A DNA stretch of 64,000 nucleotides from Octopus vulgaris (lineage: Eukaryota), in the NCBI GenBank assembly GCA_951406725.2, contig OX597835.1:21204001-21268000 (forward strand), read 5' to 3'. How positions within the stretch are numbered: position 1 is the first letter of the stretch; each line of letters starts with the position of its first letter. The position numbers were made by a program, and so were the translations under genes. Under the pieces are notes generated by a model. That model made no database searches and had not been told where the DNA came from. It saw nothing but the letters and a program-made list of their open reading frames with translations. Shown here in pieces: positions 40,238 through 53,407 of this stretch.

Positions 40238-41731
40238 AGAACAAAATGGTTGACATAGTATTTCGATTCCAATGCTACATTACACTTAAAACTTAAATAA
40301 TTTAAGATGTGTAGAAGTTAAAGAGAGCTCATCATTTTAACGTGAATAATTCTTTTCGTCGCTGAAGGCTACGCACTCCTGATATTAATTCCTATGAACT
40401 AATACAGCCCCAGCCCCCAAAGAAAGATCTTTCTGTCATGTACTTAAGTACTCCAACTTGTACTTTGCTTTATTTTCAACATTTATCCAAATTTTCGAAA
40501 TTTTGTTCAAGACTATATATTTATTCATGCATTTATTTCTTGGTCTGAGTATTTTATATTTTATACTGTTCTTTTTCTTTATGGGGTGGTGGGGTCTTCA
40601 ACCTCCTCTTCAATTTACAGGTAATCCCAAAGCTTCAAGGGAAAATTTCCAATGTTAAAAACAAAAAGTTATTAAAGACAAAATGAACCGTGAACGATTT
40701 AAAAAACATTTTGGAAAGATTAGTGTCAAATTCGAAAGAATTCCATCGAATATTGTACGACATCCCCTTATCGTATAATTTACTATAAAACCCAAGGGGT
40801 TAGACGTTTATTCACGCGCATATTTAGTTAATCATGTGATCGAGCAGTAAATGTAATAAAATAAAATGGTGACTTGACAAAATGAAAAAAACATTAACGG
40901 TAACATTAACGTGTCTATGCATCTCTTGTCATTTATGTGTCATGTATAATTATGTTACATTCCTGGGTGTATGTATGCTTCAATGAATAACGATACATGA
41001 ACATATATATATATATATATTTCCTATTTCTAATTATATTTAACAGTCTGTATGTGTAAGTATTCATGTATTTAAGTTTGCATTCATATCTACGAGTATG
41101 CTTCAATGTATAAATGTATGCGTGCAATTATTTGTGAATGTAAAATGCATGGATATTTGCTGATGCGTCGCTAGTTACCTGTATATGGATATATATATTA
41201 TTTATATATGTAATATATAATTCATAGTACCACCCGAGCACTAGGTATCCACTGGTTTAAATTAATATTATGTAATAATATTAATTTGTACCATCATTGT
41301 TTAATCTTTAAATAGCCATGTCTTCTAGTCGGTAGATTCGCTGTGGAACTTTATTAGCTGCAGAGCTCTTTCCGTTTTAGAGCGCCAGCATGAAGACATT
41401 TGGTTGGATATTTTCGATACATAATTGGCGAAACTTTATATGCATGTTCTCTGTCGTAGAGTCGATTTGTTTCTAGTTCCGTTTACTAATTATCTCTCAG
41501 CCACTCCACTGACGAGCTACAGATGATTACGTTAGCAATCATTAATAGCGAAATCTAAAGGTATGAAGTTAATTGTTTTATTTTGTTTTCTTCCATTTGT
41601 TTTCCTAGTATACATTCTGGCGTTTGCTAACATTTTTGAGAACATATTTGAAGGGATTTTCATTACCCAACAATACAGTGTTTCTTTGGATGCAACCATC
41701 CATTCACGAGGATAACATATCCTCTAATTAA

Positions 41732-41733
<2 letters not shown>
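40238..41733. repeat. Inverted segmental duplication, right copy (partner 21231-22785)
   Basis: Reverse-complement match; ~20 bp deletion near 40285 and a shorter (TA)n run. Confidence 0.93.
41503..41569 (+). ncRNA. Hammerhead motif, duplicate of 21395-21461
   Basis: ACUCCA-CUGACGA-GCUA...UAGC-GAAA-UCUAAAGG-UA-UGAAGU; one stem I mismatch. Confidence 0.75.
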
Positions 41734-41764
<31 letters not shown>

Positions 41765-41770
<6 letters not shown>

Positions 41771-42082
41771 CATTGATTAAACCTCGCTAAGTTAAATATT
41801 TAAATCACCTGAAGAATGACTGTAAACGAAATTTTAAGAATTGGACAGCCATGAAACGATCGTAGTGTTATACTAATTATCTTTTTTTAATAATTTTGAT
41901 ATATATTTAAAATAATATGAATTAATTAATCTTATGTATTGGCTTAAGTTTTTCATTGTATGATTTGCCTAATAGTGGTTTTATCTCTAATTTAATATAA
42001 TATAATATTTTACTATAAAATTGGATTCAATCCTAAATCTGATTTTTCCCTGTAAGTTTGGATTTATTCCCTAATATTTTAT

Positions 42083-42087
<5 letters not shown>
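41765..42087 (+). mobile_element. Penelope-like terminal-repeat element in (TA)n with hammerhead at 41806-41867
   Basis: CAC-CUGAAGA-AUGACUGU...ACAGCCAU-GAAA-CGAUCG-UA-GUG; palindromic stem III ACGAUCGU; body and tail match 20647-20886. Confidence 0.75.
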
Positions 42088-42162
<75 letters not shown>

Positions 42163-42329
42163 TGTGTATACATATGTATACATATATACTTATTTATTTA
42201 TTTACTAAAATGACAATTACAAGAATATACATACATGTATAACATATGCTTTACATTTAAAATATATTAATATATAAAGATACGAGTAATTATTAAAATA
42301 TAACATACAGGAATATAAATTGGGAAAAT

Positions 42330-42453
42330 ATCTTACAGCTGTTTCAGGCAAGAGGCAAAAATACCTCATTCTAACTTTATTTCTCCACTCGACTGAAGTA
42401 ATAAGTAGGTGAAATTGAGGTACTTGGGTGTTTCTCTAGGCTTCGTCAGAGAT
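42330..42453 (-). ncRNA. Hammerhead motif with long stem II (same family as 13244-13385)
   Basis: Minus strand: AUCU-CUGACGA-AGCC...UACCUCA/UGAGGUA...GCCU-GAAA-CAGCUG-UA-AGAU. Confidence 0.7.
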
Positions 42454-42977
42454 TTTATAATTAAGTTGACATAATATAATGTCTAAAAGTTGATGAACCA
42501 CCTATTGATCCCTTCAATTTTCTTATTGCTCTATAAATCAATGGTAAAATATCTCTTTACCTTCACCCTTTTAGTACTCTAAATGCAAGAAAAAACACTT
42601 GTGTATTAATAATTGGGTATTCTACCAGCAGTATATTGGATAGATATTATCCCTCAGTTGGTTGGATTCACAACCTCTAACTTTCTTGAAACATATATAT
42701 ATATATATACACACATACATATATATACATATACATACATATATATATATACATATACATACATATATATATACATACATGTATATACATATACATACAT
42801 ATATATATACATATACATACATATATATACATACATACACACACACACATATATATATATACATACATATATATACATATACATACATACATACATATAT
42901 ATACATATACATACATATATATAGATATACATACATGTATATACATATACATACATATACATACATACACACACATA

Positions 42978-43077
<100 letters not shown>

Positions 43078-44205
43078 CGCACAACCACACACTTGTAGAA
43101 TGACGAGCTATTGACATAGACAACCGTGTCTGGTGAATTTCAGACCAAATGATAATGAGAAACTGTGTAAAATCATCAGAGAAAATGTCAAAATCTAGTG
43201 ACTTTAAATGTTAGTGTGTATGATAAATTTTGAATGGTTGAAATATCAAAATCTTAATTGATAATTTATAAAATGCACATATGTACACATTTGCGCATGT
43301 TTGTGTGTATTGTCCGCGTATGTTAGTGAATGCCAGTGTTAAATATGCAGCCATAGAAAGAACGTATTGCTCATACGTTTCTACGTGTGTATTTGTGTGA
43401 AAACACACATGCTCCTGTGAATGCGTTTATATGAAACCTTTTCTTCTGCACTACATATTAGTCTTGTTCAACTGAATACAACATTAATATTTATGTAGCG
43501 CAAATAATAAATAGCTGTATTAAACGTTGTAACACGTATTATTACACTGTGACAAAATGGCGACCGTTTGAACTTTTAGTAGACAACCGGACTTAAGATT
43601 TTTTTTTTTCGTGATCTGATAGAATTGCACCAAAATCTAAAATGCTGCCATTTACATATTCATATCACAACTATGAAGGTTTTGACATTTTCTCTGTTGA
43701 TTTTATATCTTTACTCGTTATTATTCTTTTTTTACTGATATTTCCTCAAACTGCAATTTTCTATGTCATCTGTTCATCAAATTTGTAAGTGTTTTTCTCA
43801 CACATTTTCTAAATTTCCATCTCTTTCTCCTTCGTTTTTCACCCCCTCCTCTCTGTACCCTTTCTTTCACCTTTCTTATTTCACATACATTCACACACGC
43901 ATACAGATATATAAACGACACACGCACACACACACACATACATGTACACAACCAACCCATGTACACACATATTCTGCATCTCTTTATCCTCAAATCTATT
44001 GAAATGAAAATTCGGACCTACGTAGAATTTTAAGTCTCTTGTGAGTGGAAGTTCATATGCAATTTGCATGCTGGGAAGAACCGAAACTATATAGAAATAT
44101 AATGGAGTTTTGTGTGACAGTTTTATTGCTTAACATTTGCAATTAACCTCTCTGTTCGAAGAAATGGTAGAAAACTTAAAGAAAATTATTAAATATTGGT
44201 TTCTT

Positions 44206-44982
44206 ACCAATATTCTCTTGGAGACAAGGAGGATATCAATAGGTGGTCATAAACCTGCTGAACATCGCACCCAATTCTTTCTCAAATCTTTCACAATCAG
44301 ATTTACTACACGGAAACTGTAGAAGGTTGTCAGAAGGACTGATTTTGTTTGTGTGTATATGACTTCATTTGTCACCATCAGCATCAAAGCCAAATCCGCC
44401 GCTGTCACCGCTGCCGCCGCTTCGCCGCCACCATCACCACCACCACCGACACAGCCACTAAAACTACTTCACTTGGATGATGGTTACATTCATAGCACTC
44501 TACTCTACTGGAAGTATTAAAGTCACTTTTCTCCGGTCTTAAAATAATTTCAATTTTTCTTGCCTCTAAGGCCCTCGAAAGTGTCATTAGCGCTACGGTT
44601 TCTGCGCTCTGAGATCCATTAAACAATATCAGATCTTAATATGTTTAAAACAGAAGGCACATAATGTAATCCTTGACACATTTCATTTGTAAATGAAGTG
44701 ATGATGGTCAGAGCCTGTATGATTATGATCTTAGGCATGCACTAAGATCAAAATCATCTTGAGCTTAAGTTGAACAACAAAGTCGACGTCGGGTTCATAA
44801 TGCCAATTACATCATATATCGGATATTACAGAGCCTCGGTGAGTCAACGCGTGAGATTAAATATTTGAGCTGGGAGACGAATTAACTGCGTCAGTAGAGC
44901 ACCAAATGCTTTGTATTGTAATTGGCGATACTTTACGCTCTGAGTTCAAATCCGACTGAGAGCACCTTGTGGCAGCAGATCT
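44206..44982. repeat. Direct segmental duplication, right copy (partner 29067-29812)
   Basis: Colinear match ending at GGCAGCAGATCT. Confidence 0.92.
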
Positions 44983-45171
44983 ATATATATACACACACAT
45001 GTGATTGTGTTTACATCTACACATGAATTTGGCGAGCTTTGTTGGAACGCTTAGTGTAAGGAACTCGAAATACTTGGTATGAGTGCCCGTATGTTAGGTG
45101 CATATATATATATATACATATGCGTTCATTCTCATTCTATATACATACATACATATGTGTGTGTATATATT

Positions 45172-45241
<70 letters not shown>

Positions 45242-46054
45242 TTTGCATCCCCACACATTGAAATTCCCAATGTATATCTGTTCCTTGAAGTCACAACGTA
45301 ATCAAACTGAACATCAACTGGAAATCTCGTGAGCGTGTAATTCAGAAGCAAGATATCTTTCATCTGAAACTATCTGAAATACCAAGAATTTTATTGAAAA
45401 TCCATGCTGACATGTTAGAGAAATTACTGTAAAAAAAATCAACATACTACGTTTCAAAAAACTTTCTTGATTTTGTTAATGTTACTGTCTTTTCTTTGAG
45501 GTCGAGATGAGCGTCCAAGTACCTTGATTGATTAGCAATTAATGTTGCTTTAGATATGTTTATTCCATCTTTTAATTGATACCGTACGTTATTTTATGTG
45601 GTACTTTCGTGTATAGATATTGTTTACCCTGAATGTAGGTATAATATAGCAAATATAACTATACGAATATATCTATACATGAATTAAAATTTTTTAATGG
45701 CATTATGTGTCTGAAAAAAAAAAGTTTGAGTTCCGAAGAAAAATGTAGCTAAAAACCTTGCCGATGCAAGTTGTTCATAATGTCACATTCTTCGATGTTT
45801 TCCTAGCAATTAAGCTTGATTTATCCACTATAGTAATCCACTATTGCTTTATTAAACTATAATAAACTATTTTAAAAGCATATATGACTTAGAGATGGGT
45901 TAGTGGGGCAAGAATAACTATTTTTTTAAGGATAAAGTGACGCTAAGTTGGCTATAGATACAACGGAATATCTTACCCATATTTTCTTAAAATTAATAAA
46001 ATCTTTAATAATGGAATGCTAATTTGTTTTTTTAGAAAGCAGAAACATTGAAAT

Positions 46055-46238
46055 AGGCGCAGGAGTGGCTGTGTGGTAAGTAGCTTACTTACCAACCACA
46101 TGGTTCTGGGTTCAGTCCCATTGCGTGGCATCTTAAGCAAGTGTCTACTGCTATAGCCCCGGGCTGACCAATGCCTTGTCAGTGGATTTGGTAGACAGAA
46201 ACTGAAAGAAGCCCGTCGTAAATATGTATATATATATA

Positions 46239-46280
<42 letters not shown>

Positions 46281-46495
46281 TGTGTCTGTGTTTGTCCCCC
46301 TAGCATTGCTTGACAACCGATGCTGGTGTGTTTACGTCCCCATCACCTAGCGGTTCGGCAAAAGAGACCGATAGAATAAGTACTGGGCTTACAAAGAATA
46401 AGTCCCGGGGTCGATTTGCTCGACTAAAGGCGGTGCTCCAGCATGGCCGTAGTCAAATGACTGAAACAAGTAAAAGAGAGAAAGAAAAAGAGAGT
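46055..46495 (+). mobile_element. SINE family B, full length
   Basis: Matches 12315-12735. Confidence 0.9.
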
Positions 46496-46559
46496 ATTGA
46501 AATGTTTAAGTTGTTTTTGAGGATCGAAGATGCTTTAAGTTACTTTGAAGCGTTGCGAA

Positions 46560-46700
46560 GGTTCACAGGAATTCTTAAGCAATTATCTAATGAAACTGTC
46601 ATCAGCTTTACACCACAAACTGTCAGGAACTGCTTAAAAGAATTTGGACTGTTCGACCGGATCGCTCGAAAGAAGCTGATAATTTCTCGGGCGAATCGTA
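46560..46700 (+). pseudogene. Tc1 transposase fragment
   Basis: KQLSNETVISFTPQTVRNCLKEFGL...ARKKLIISRANR, homologous to 49680-49805. Confidence 0.8.
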
Positions 46701-47365
46701 TATATGTGAGAAGATATGGTACTACCTCAACAAGAAATAATCGGTGTTTCACATTTTTAAACAGTTGTAATGCTTTAGATAAACGTCATGTGCTTTGGTG
46801 GTTTACATCAGAAACATATTATTTATGAATTCGTAGTGCGCAGGAGATCAAATAAATATGTTTATCTCACTTCGCAAGGTAAGTTTCCAAAAGCAACATC
46901 CAAAAGCAAAAGCGAATAAGACAAAAAGAAACAAACTGAACGCAAACAAAACAGTTTGAAGATTGAAGGGAAATGCATAGGAAATGTCTGCTTACGTGTG
47001 CATAACACACATCTGAAAATAATTTTTCAACGTGCTCACAAATTAATATGGATTTTCTATAGTTACAAATTATAATTTCAACAATATCTATGAGAAAAAT
47101 TGGTCCAAATGAATATGCTAAAGCATGCTATATAAAATGAATTATAGAAATAATTCTAGTTTAAAAAATCAAGATATTTGAAAAACAAGAAGGAATTATA
47201 CGAAATATTGCATGCCTGCCTCGTTATTCCTTAGAGGGTGAGTACGTTTCTAATACATGTATATATATATAACCAAAGCAATTACAAAGATTACGGAGAG
47301 TGATAGTTTCTCCATATTATGGTAGATTGCTTTAGTAGCTCTTCGTAATACGAAAATTAATACGA

Positions 47366-48918
47366 TGCCGGTAGCACGTAAAAGCACCATCCGTTCGTGT
47401 CCGTTGCCAGCCTCGCCTGGCCTCCGTGCCGGTGGCACGTAAAAACACCATCCGTTCGTGTCCGTGTCCAGCCTCGCCTGGCCCCCGTGCCGGTAGCACG
47501 TAAAAGCACCATCCGTTCGTGTCCGTGTCCAGCCTCGCCTGGCCCCGTGCCGGTAGCACGTAAAAGCACCATCCGTTCGTGTCCGTTGCCAGCCTCGCCT
47601 GGCCCCCGTGCCGGTAGCACGTAAAAGCACCATCCGTTCGTGTCCGTTGCCAGCCTCGCCTGGCCCCCGTGCCGGTAGCACGTAAAAGCACCATCCGTTC
47701 GTGTCCGTTGCCAGCCTCGCCTGGCCCCGTGCCGGTAGCACGTAAAAGCACCATCCGTTCGTGTCCGTGTCCAGCCTCGCCTGGCCCCGTGCCGGTAGCA
47801 CGTAAAAGCACCATCCGTTCGTGTCCGTTGCCAGCCTCGCCTGGCCTCCGTGCCGGTAGCACGTAAAAGCACCATCCGTTCGTGTCCGTGTCCAGCCTCG
47901 CCTGGCCCCCGTGCCGGTGGCACGTAAAAACACCATCCGTTCGTGGCCGTTTGCCAACCTCGCCTGGCCCCCGTGCCGGTGGCACGTAAAAACACCATCC
48001 GTTCGTGGTCGTTTGCCAGCTCTGTCTGGCACCTGTGCAGGTGGCACGTAAAAAGCACCCACTACACTCACGGAGTGGTTGGCGTTAGGAAGGGCATCCA
48101 GCCGTAGAAACACTGCCAAATCTGACTGGGCCTGATGAAGCCTTCCGTTCGTGTCCGTTGCCATCCGTTCGTGTCCGTGTCCAGCCTCGCCTGGCCCCGT
48201 GCCGGTAGCACGTAAAAGCACCATCCGTTCGTGTCCGTTGCCAGCCTCGCCTGGCCTCCGTGCCGGTAGCACGTAAAAGCACCATCCGTTCGTGTCCGTG
48301 TCCAGCCTCGCCTGGCCCCCGTGCCGGTAGCACGTAAAAGCACCATCCGTTCGTGTCCGTTGCCAGCCTCGCCTGGCCTCCGTGCCGGTAGCACGTAAAA
48401 GCACCATCCGTTCGTGTCCGTGTCCAGCCTCGCCTGGCCCCGTGCCGGTAGCACGTAAAAGCACCATCCGTTCGTGTCCGTTGCCAGCCTCGCCTGGCCT
48501 CCGTGCCGGTAGCACGTAAAAGCACCATCCGTTCGTGTCCGTGTCCAGCCTCGCCTGGCCCCGTGCCGGTAGCACGTAAAAGCACCATCCGTTCGTGTCC
48601 GTTGCCAGCCTCGCCTGGCCCCCGTGCCGGTGGCACGTAAAAACACCATCCGTTCGTGGCCGTTTGCCAACCTCGCCTGGCCCCCGTGCCGGTGGCACGT
48701 AAAAACACCATCCGTTCGTGGTCGTTTGCCAGCTCTGTCTGGCACCTGTGCAGGTGGCACGTAAAAAGCACCCACTACACTCACGGAGTGGTTGGCGTTA
48801 GGAAGGGCATCCAGCCGTAGAAACACTGCCAAATCTGACTGGGCCTGATGAAGCCTTCCGGCTTCACAGACCCCAGTTAAACCGTCCAACCCATGCTAGC
48901 ATGGAAAACGGACGCTAA

Positions 48919-48949
<31 letters not shown>

Positions 48950-48950
48950 G
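47366..48950 (+). repeat. GC-rich 60/61 bp minisatellite attached to an RTE-like 3' end, with a 713 bp higher-order duplication
   Basis: Unit TGCCGGTAGCACGTAAAAGCACCATCCGTTCGTGTCCG...; GGCGTTAGGAAGGGCATCCAGCCGTAGAAA motif occurs twice; (GAT)n tail at 48920-48950. Confidence 0.9.
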
Positions 48951-49078
48951 GATGAGTATATAAGGATACATTATTCCTATCTACTTGATGTGGTTAGCCA
49001 GAATCTAGACTATACCTGAGAGCTCTTACGGTACTCGACTGCGTAATTTATTCCCCTATACTCACCGTAGTATATACA

Positions 49079-49127
<49 letters not shown>

Positions 49128-49129
<2 letters not shown>

Positions 49130-50690
49130 TGGCCAAAATAAGTTTAAGACCGATAGTAACAGTTCTATTCCTTCAATATATTTTAAACAAAACTGTATAA
49201 AATTATCTTACTTTTTACAGTTTACGTAGAATTTTTTTCTGTTTCGAATGATATAGGCGTTATATTTCTTTCTACAATTCGAATAATTTCAATGCACAAC
49301 TAATTCAAATGATTAGAAATTGTCGGCAAAATATGTTTAAGACCGCACCAAGATTATGCAAATCAAATTAATAAACGAAATGGGTGGTCATAAGGCTGTT
49401 TGTACTGCATCGTTTTGTTTAATGTTCGAGGATTGTTAAACATTGATTCTCTATGGGAAAGTGTTGTATCAGCCCAGTTACTAGATTAAAGATCGTGTTG
49501 CTTCATCAGCAAAATGTGTCCTTCATGGACGTTAGCAAGCAATTAGGATGCTTGTGTTCAAGCATGGAAGTTTTATCAAGCCACTGACCAATACAGAGAT
49601 CGGCAAAAACAGCAGTATTGATCGATCGGCAAATTCATATACTCTCTGAATGTAACCGAATGCTAACAGCATTGGGCTTTTGCAAGCAATTATCTGATGA
49701 AACTGGCATCAGCTTTACACCACAAAGTGTCAGAAACTACCTAAAAGAATTTGGACTGTATTACCGGGTCGCTCGAAAGAAGCCGATAATTTCTGGGGCG
49801 AATCGGCGGAAGTGGATCAAGTTTGCTAAAAGCCATATTGAATGGACGGTTGAAGACGAATTCCGTTTCTGTATCTTTGGATCAGACGGAAAGACTTATG
49901 TTAGACGACGTCTAGCTGAAGAATTCCATCCTAAGTGTGCCGAGAAAACGTTGCAAGCGGGAAGTGGTAGGGTAATGGTGTGGGCCGCATTCAGCAGCTT
50001 AAGTGTTAGTTCAATTGTTAAAGGTGATGGCAGACTCAACAGTGTAGGCCAGCTGCAATTAGTTAATGAAAATGTGCTGCAATATCTAAATAATCAGATG
50101 CCACCAAGATCTATTTTCCAGCCCCGTTCATAAGGCTAGGAAAGTTTTGCAATATTTTGAGTGCAATAATATGGTGGTTATTGAGTGGCATCCGCAGAGA
50201 CCGGATTTGAATCCGATAGAGAATTTATGGAATTATATTTCTAAAAGAGTTCATGCTAAATAAAAAAATTAAAAAATTCGTGCCAAATATATAATTTTAT
50301 TGAAGAAATATAGCAGACCATTCCAAGTGATTTTTGTGTTCATTTGTCGAACTCCATGTCCCACCGTTGTAAGATCGTAATTGAAAATAATGGCTATGGA
50401 ACTAGATACTAATAATAACTTTTTGTTCGTTGATCATTTGTACCTTAAATTTCCAATTTAAACAAAATAATGTTGGCACGTTCTTAAACTTATCTTGCCG
50501 ACAATTTTCAATCGTTTGAATAAATGGCGAATTAAAATTATTCAAATTGCAAAAAGGTATATAACGCCTATATCATTCGAAAGAGAAAACAATTCTACAT
50601 AAACTGTAACAAGTATAATAATTTTACACTGTTTTGTTAAAAATATATTAATGAATAGATATAACTGTCTTAAGCTTACTTTTGGCCAGA
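49128..50690 (+). mobile_element. Tc1-like transposon with ~215 bp IR/DR-type TIRs and decayed transposase (about 49453-50412)
   Basis: CTGGCCAAAA...TTTTGGCCAG ends; inner direct repeat GGCAAAATATGTTTAAGAC; ARKKP, VMVWAAFS, WHPQRPDLNPIENLW, GYGTRY*. Confidence 0.9.
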
Positions 50691-50889
50691 TAATATATAG
50701 ATACTACAAATAATATAGGATAACATTTTTATCAGAAAACATTTCATCAAAACTAGCAGCATATTAAAATACCTATAAAGGTTACAATTATAAACTTATA
50801 AACAAGAGCAATAGAAAAATTATTTCAATGCCAATATGCTGGGAACATATTGGCATTGAAATAATTTTTCTATTCCCCTTGTTTATAAG

Positions 50890-51088
50890 TTGGTTTGTCG
50901 GTTGGTTCCTGGTTGGTTGGTTTGTCGGTTGGTGGATTGTTGGTTGGTTGGTTTGTCGGTGGGTCGCTGGCTGGTTGGTTTGTCGGTGGCTGGTTGGTTT
51001 GTCGGTTGGTTGACTGGTGTTGGTTTGTCGGTTGGTCAGCTGGTTGGTTGGTTTGTCGGTGGGTCGCTGGTTAGTTGGTTTGATGGTT
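50890..51088. repeat. Degenerate (GGTT)n tract
   Basis: Visible tetranucleotide periodicity. Confidence 0.85.
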
Positions 51089-51094
51089 GAGGAA

Positions 51095-51375
51095 AGACAA
51101 AGTCGACGTAAGTGGAATTTGATCCCAGAACCTAAAGACAGACGAAATACCTATTTCTTTACTACCCACAAGGGACTAAACACAGAGATGACAAACAAGG
51201 ACAGACAAACGGATTAAGTCGACTATATCGACCCCAGTGCGTAACTTATTTAATCGACCTCGAAATGATGAAAGGCAAAGTTGACCTCGGCGGAATTTGA
51301 ACTCAGGACGTAGCGGCAGACGAAATACCGCAAGTTATTTCGCCCGACGTGCTAACGATTCTGCCAGCTCGCCGC
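51095..51375 (-). mobile_element. SINE family C
   Basis: Reverse complement of 9541-9777. Confidence 0.85.
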
Positions 51376-51468
51376 AATAGTCTAAATTTTCTAACAAAAG
51401 TATTTTCTCGGATGTATAAACTAAAATAGCGGTGGATGGAAGTAAAAATGTGCCTTGATTCGCTTAAT

Positions 51469-51860
<392 letters not shown>

Positions 51861-52504
51861 TTACAGACGTGCAAACAAATGCCGAATACATACAGTAGTA
51901 TTCATATATTTCCAAGTGTCTAAAATGATGCACCACATCAAATCAGATTTCGGTGGTTACCTTCTGCTGTTTGAATCAGTACAAAATGGCAAAGAAAACT
52001 CTGACAAGCGACTGAACGAAGTTTCACTACCAAATATCTATTTGTTTCCCTTATTTTTCCAATGATACTGTTTTCTTCCATCTCTATCAATATATAGATA
52101 TTTCTTCAGTTTCAATTACCGAATCTGATCATATGTAATTTTTATCTTCTATTTCACAATCCACTTTGGATTTGCACTTTTCACTACAGACACACGTTTT
52201 GTACTTTTCTATGATTTTAATTGTTTAAATAACTGTGTGTATGTGTTTGTGTTTAAGATAGCGAATGGGAAGTGTTTTTAGATCATTGAATAAAATAAAT
52301 ACTCTGCAGTAAATGTTCCGACACTCCTAGCAGAAAATTCAAAACCCAATCAGGTCAAATCAAATTATTTTTTGCTCCATTCGGTTTGATAAAAAAGATT
52401 CTTCTTCTCAATCGCGCTCTTCCCCCTCTCTCTTTCTCTCTCCCTCTCTCCTCTCTCTCTCTCTCTCTCTCCCTCTTTCTGATTCACATAGATGCACTGT
52501 GATT

Positions 52505-52845
52505 AGGTTCGCATGGCTCAATGGTTAGAGCGTCGAGCTTACAATCGTGAGGTTGTGAGCTCGAATCCCAGACCGGGTTGCGTGTTGTGTTCTTGAGCAA
52601 GACACTTTATTTCACGTTGCTCCAGTTCACTCAGCTGTAGAAATGAGTTGCGACGTCACAGGTGCCAAGCTGTATCGGCCCTTGCCTTTCCCTTGGATAA
52701 CACTGGTGGCGTGGAGAGGGGAGGCCGGTATGCATGGGCGACTGCTGGTCTTCCATAATAAACAACCTTGCCCAGACTTGTGACTAGGAGTGTAACTTTC
52801 TAGGTGCAATCCCATAGTCAGTGTCGTGACCGAAGGGGGTCAACA
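52505..52845 (+). mobile_element. tRNA-derived SINE family D
   Basis: TGGCTCAATGGTTAGAGCG and GAGCTCGAATCCC boxes, followed by GTGTTCTTGAGCAAGACACTTT...CACTCAGCTGTA, resembling conserved metazoan SINE central domains. Confidence 0.8.
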
Positions 52846-53099
52846 ATACAACACTCCACGTCCCTTTCTGTAAACATGTAAAATGGTTGCACGGGCTGCT
52901 CCGAACCTTTCCTTCCAGAAACGATGACGCACTACTGGATCTAGTCAAGAGTTGGAAATGCGCAGTAATCTACGGTGAGGGACTAAATAATGGTGTGTGC
53001 GTTAGTAACCGTGGTGTGAGTGTATATGCGTTAGTGACAATGAGACGCTGTGGAATGTTCCTAATGTGTTTGTTGTGATATGTTTCTATTTATTTTATT

Positions 53100-53407
53100 T
53101 ATTTGTGCTCCCGTTTCAAGCCTAGCCAGGCTCATGAGCCCAGTGTCCCGGTTTCTGTGACGTATGTGTCCCCCCCCCCGCCCAGCTGGACGGGACGCCA
53201 GTCCATCGCAGCGTTACAGGAAGAAAGAGTGAGAGAATGTTGGGGCGAAAGAGTACAACAGGGGGTCGCCACCATTCCCTCCCGGAGCCTCGTGGAGCCT
53301 TCGGTGTTTTCGCTCAATAAACACACACAACGCCCGTTCTGGGAATCGAAACCGGGATCCTCCGAGCGCGAGTCCGCTGCCCTAACCACAGGGCCATTGC
53401 GCCTCCA
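53100..53407 (-). mobile_element. SINE family A variant with a different 3' end
   Basis: Head matches family A; the 3' part differs from the full copies. Confidence 0.75.

Noticed and set aside
48838-48878. CTGATGA-AGCC/GGCT hammerhead candidate
   Set aside because: No GAAA follows; better explained as a simple stem-loop (TGAAGCC/GGCTTCA) of the retroelement 3' end.
47250-48889. CRISPR-like array or 482 aa repeat protein
   Set aside because: Units are contiguous with no unique spacers, there are no cas genes, the context is eukaryotic, and all minus frames are open because of the repeat.
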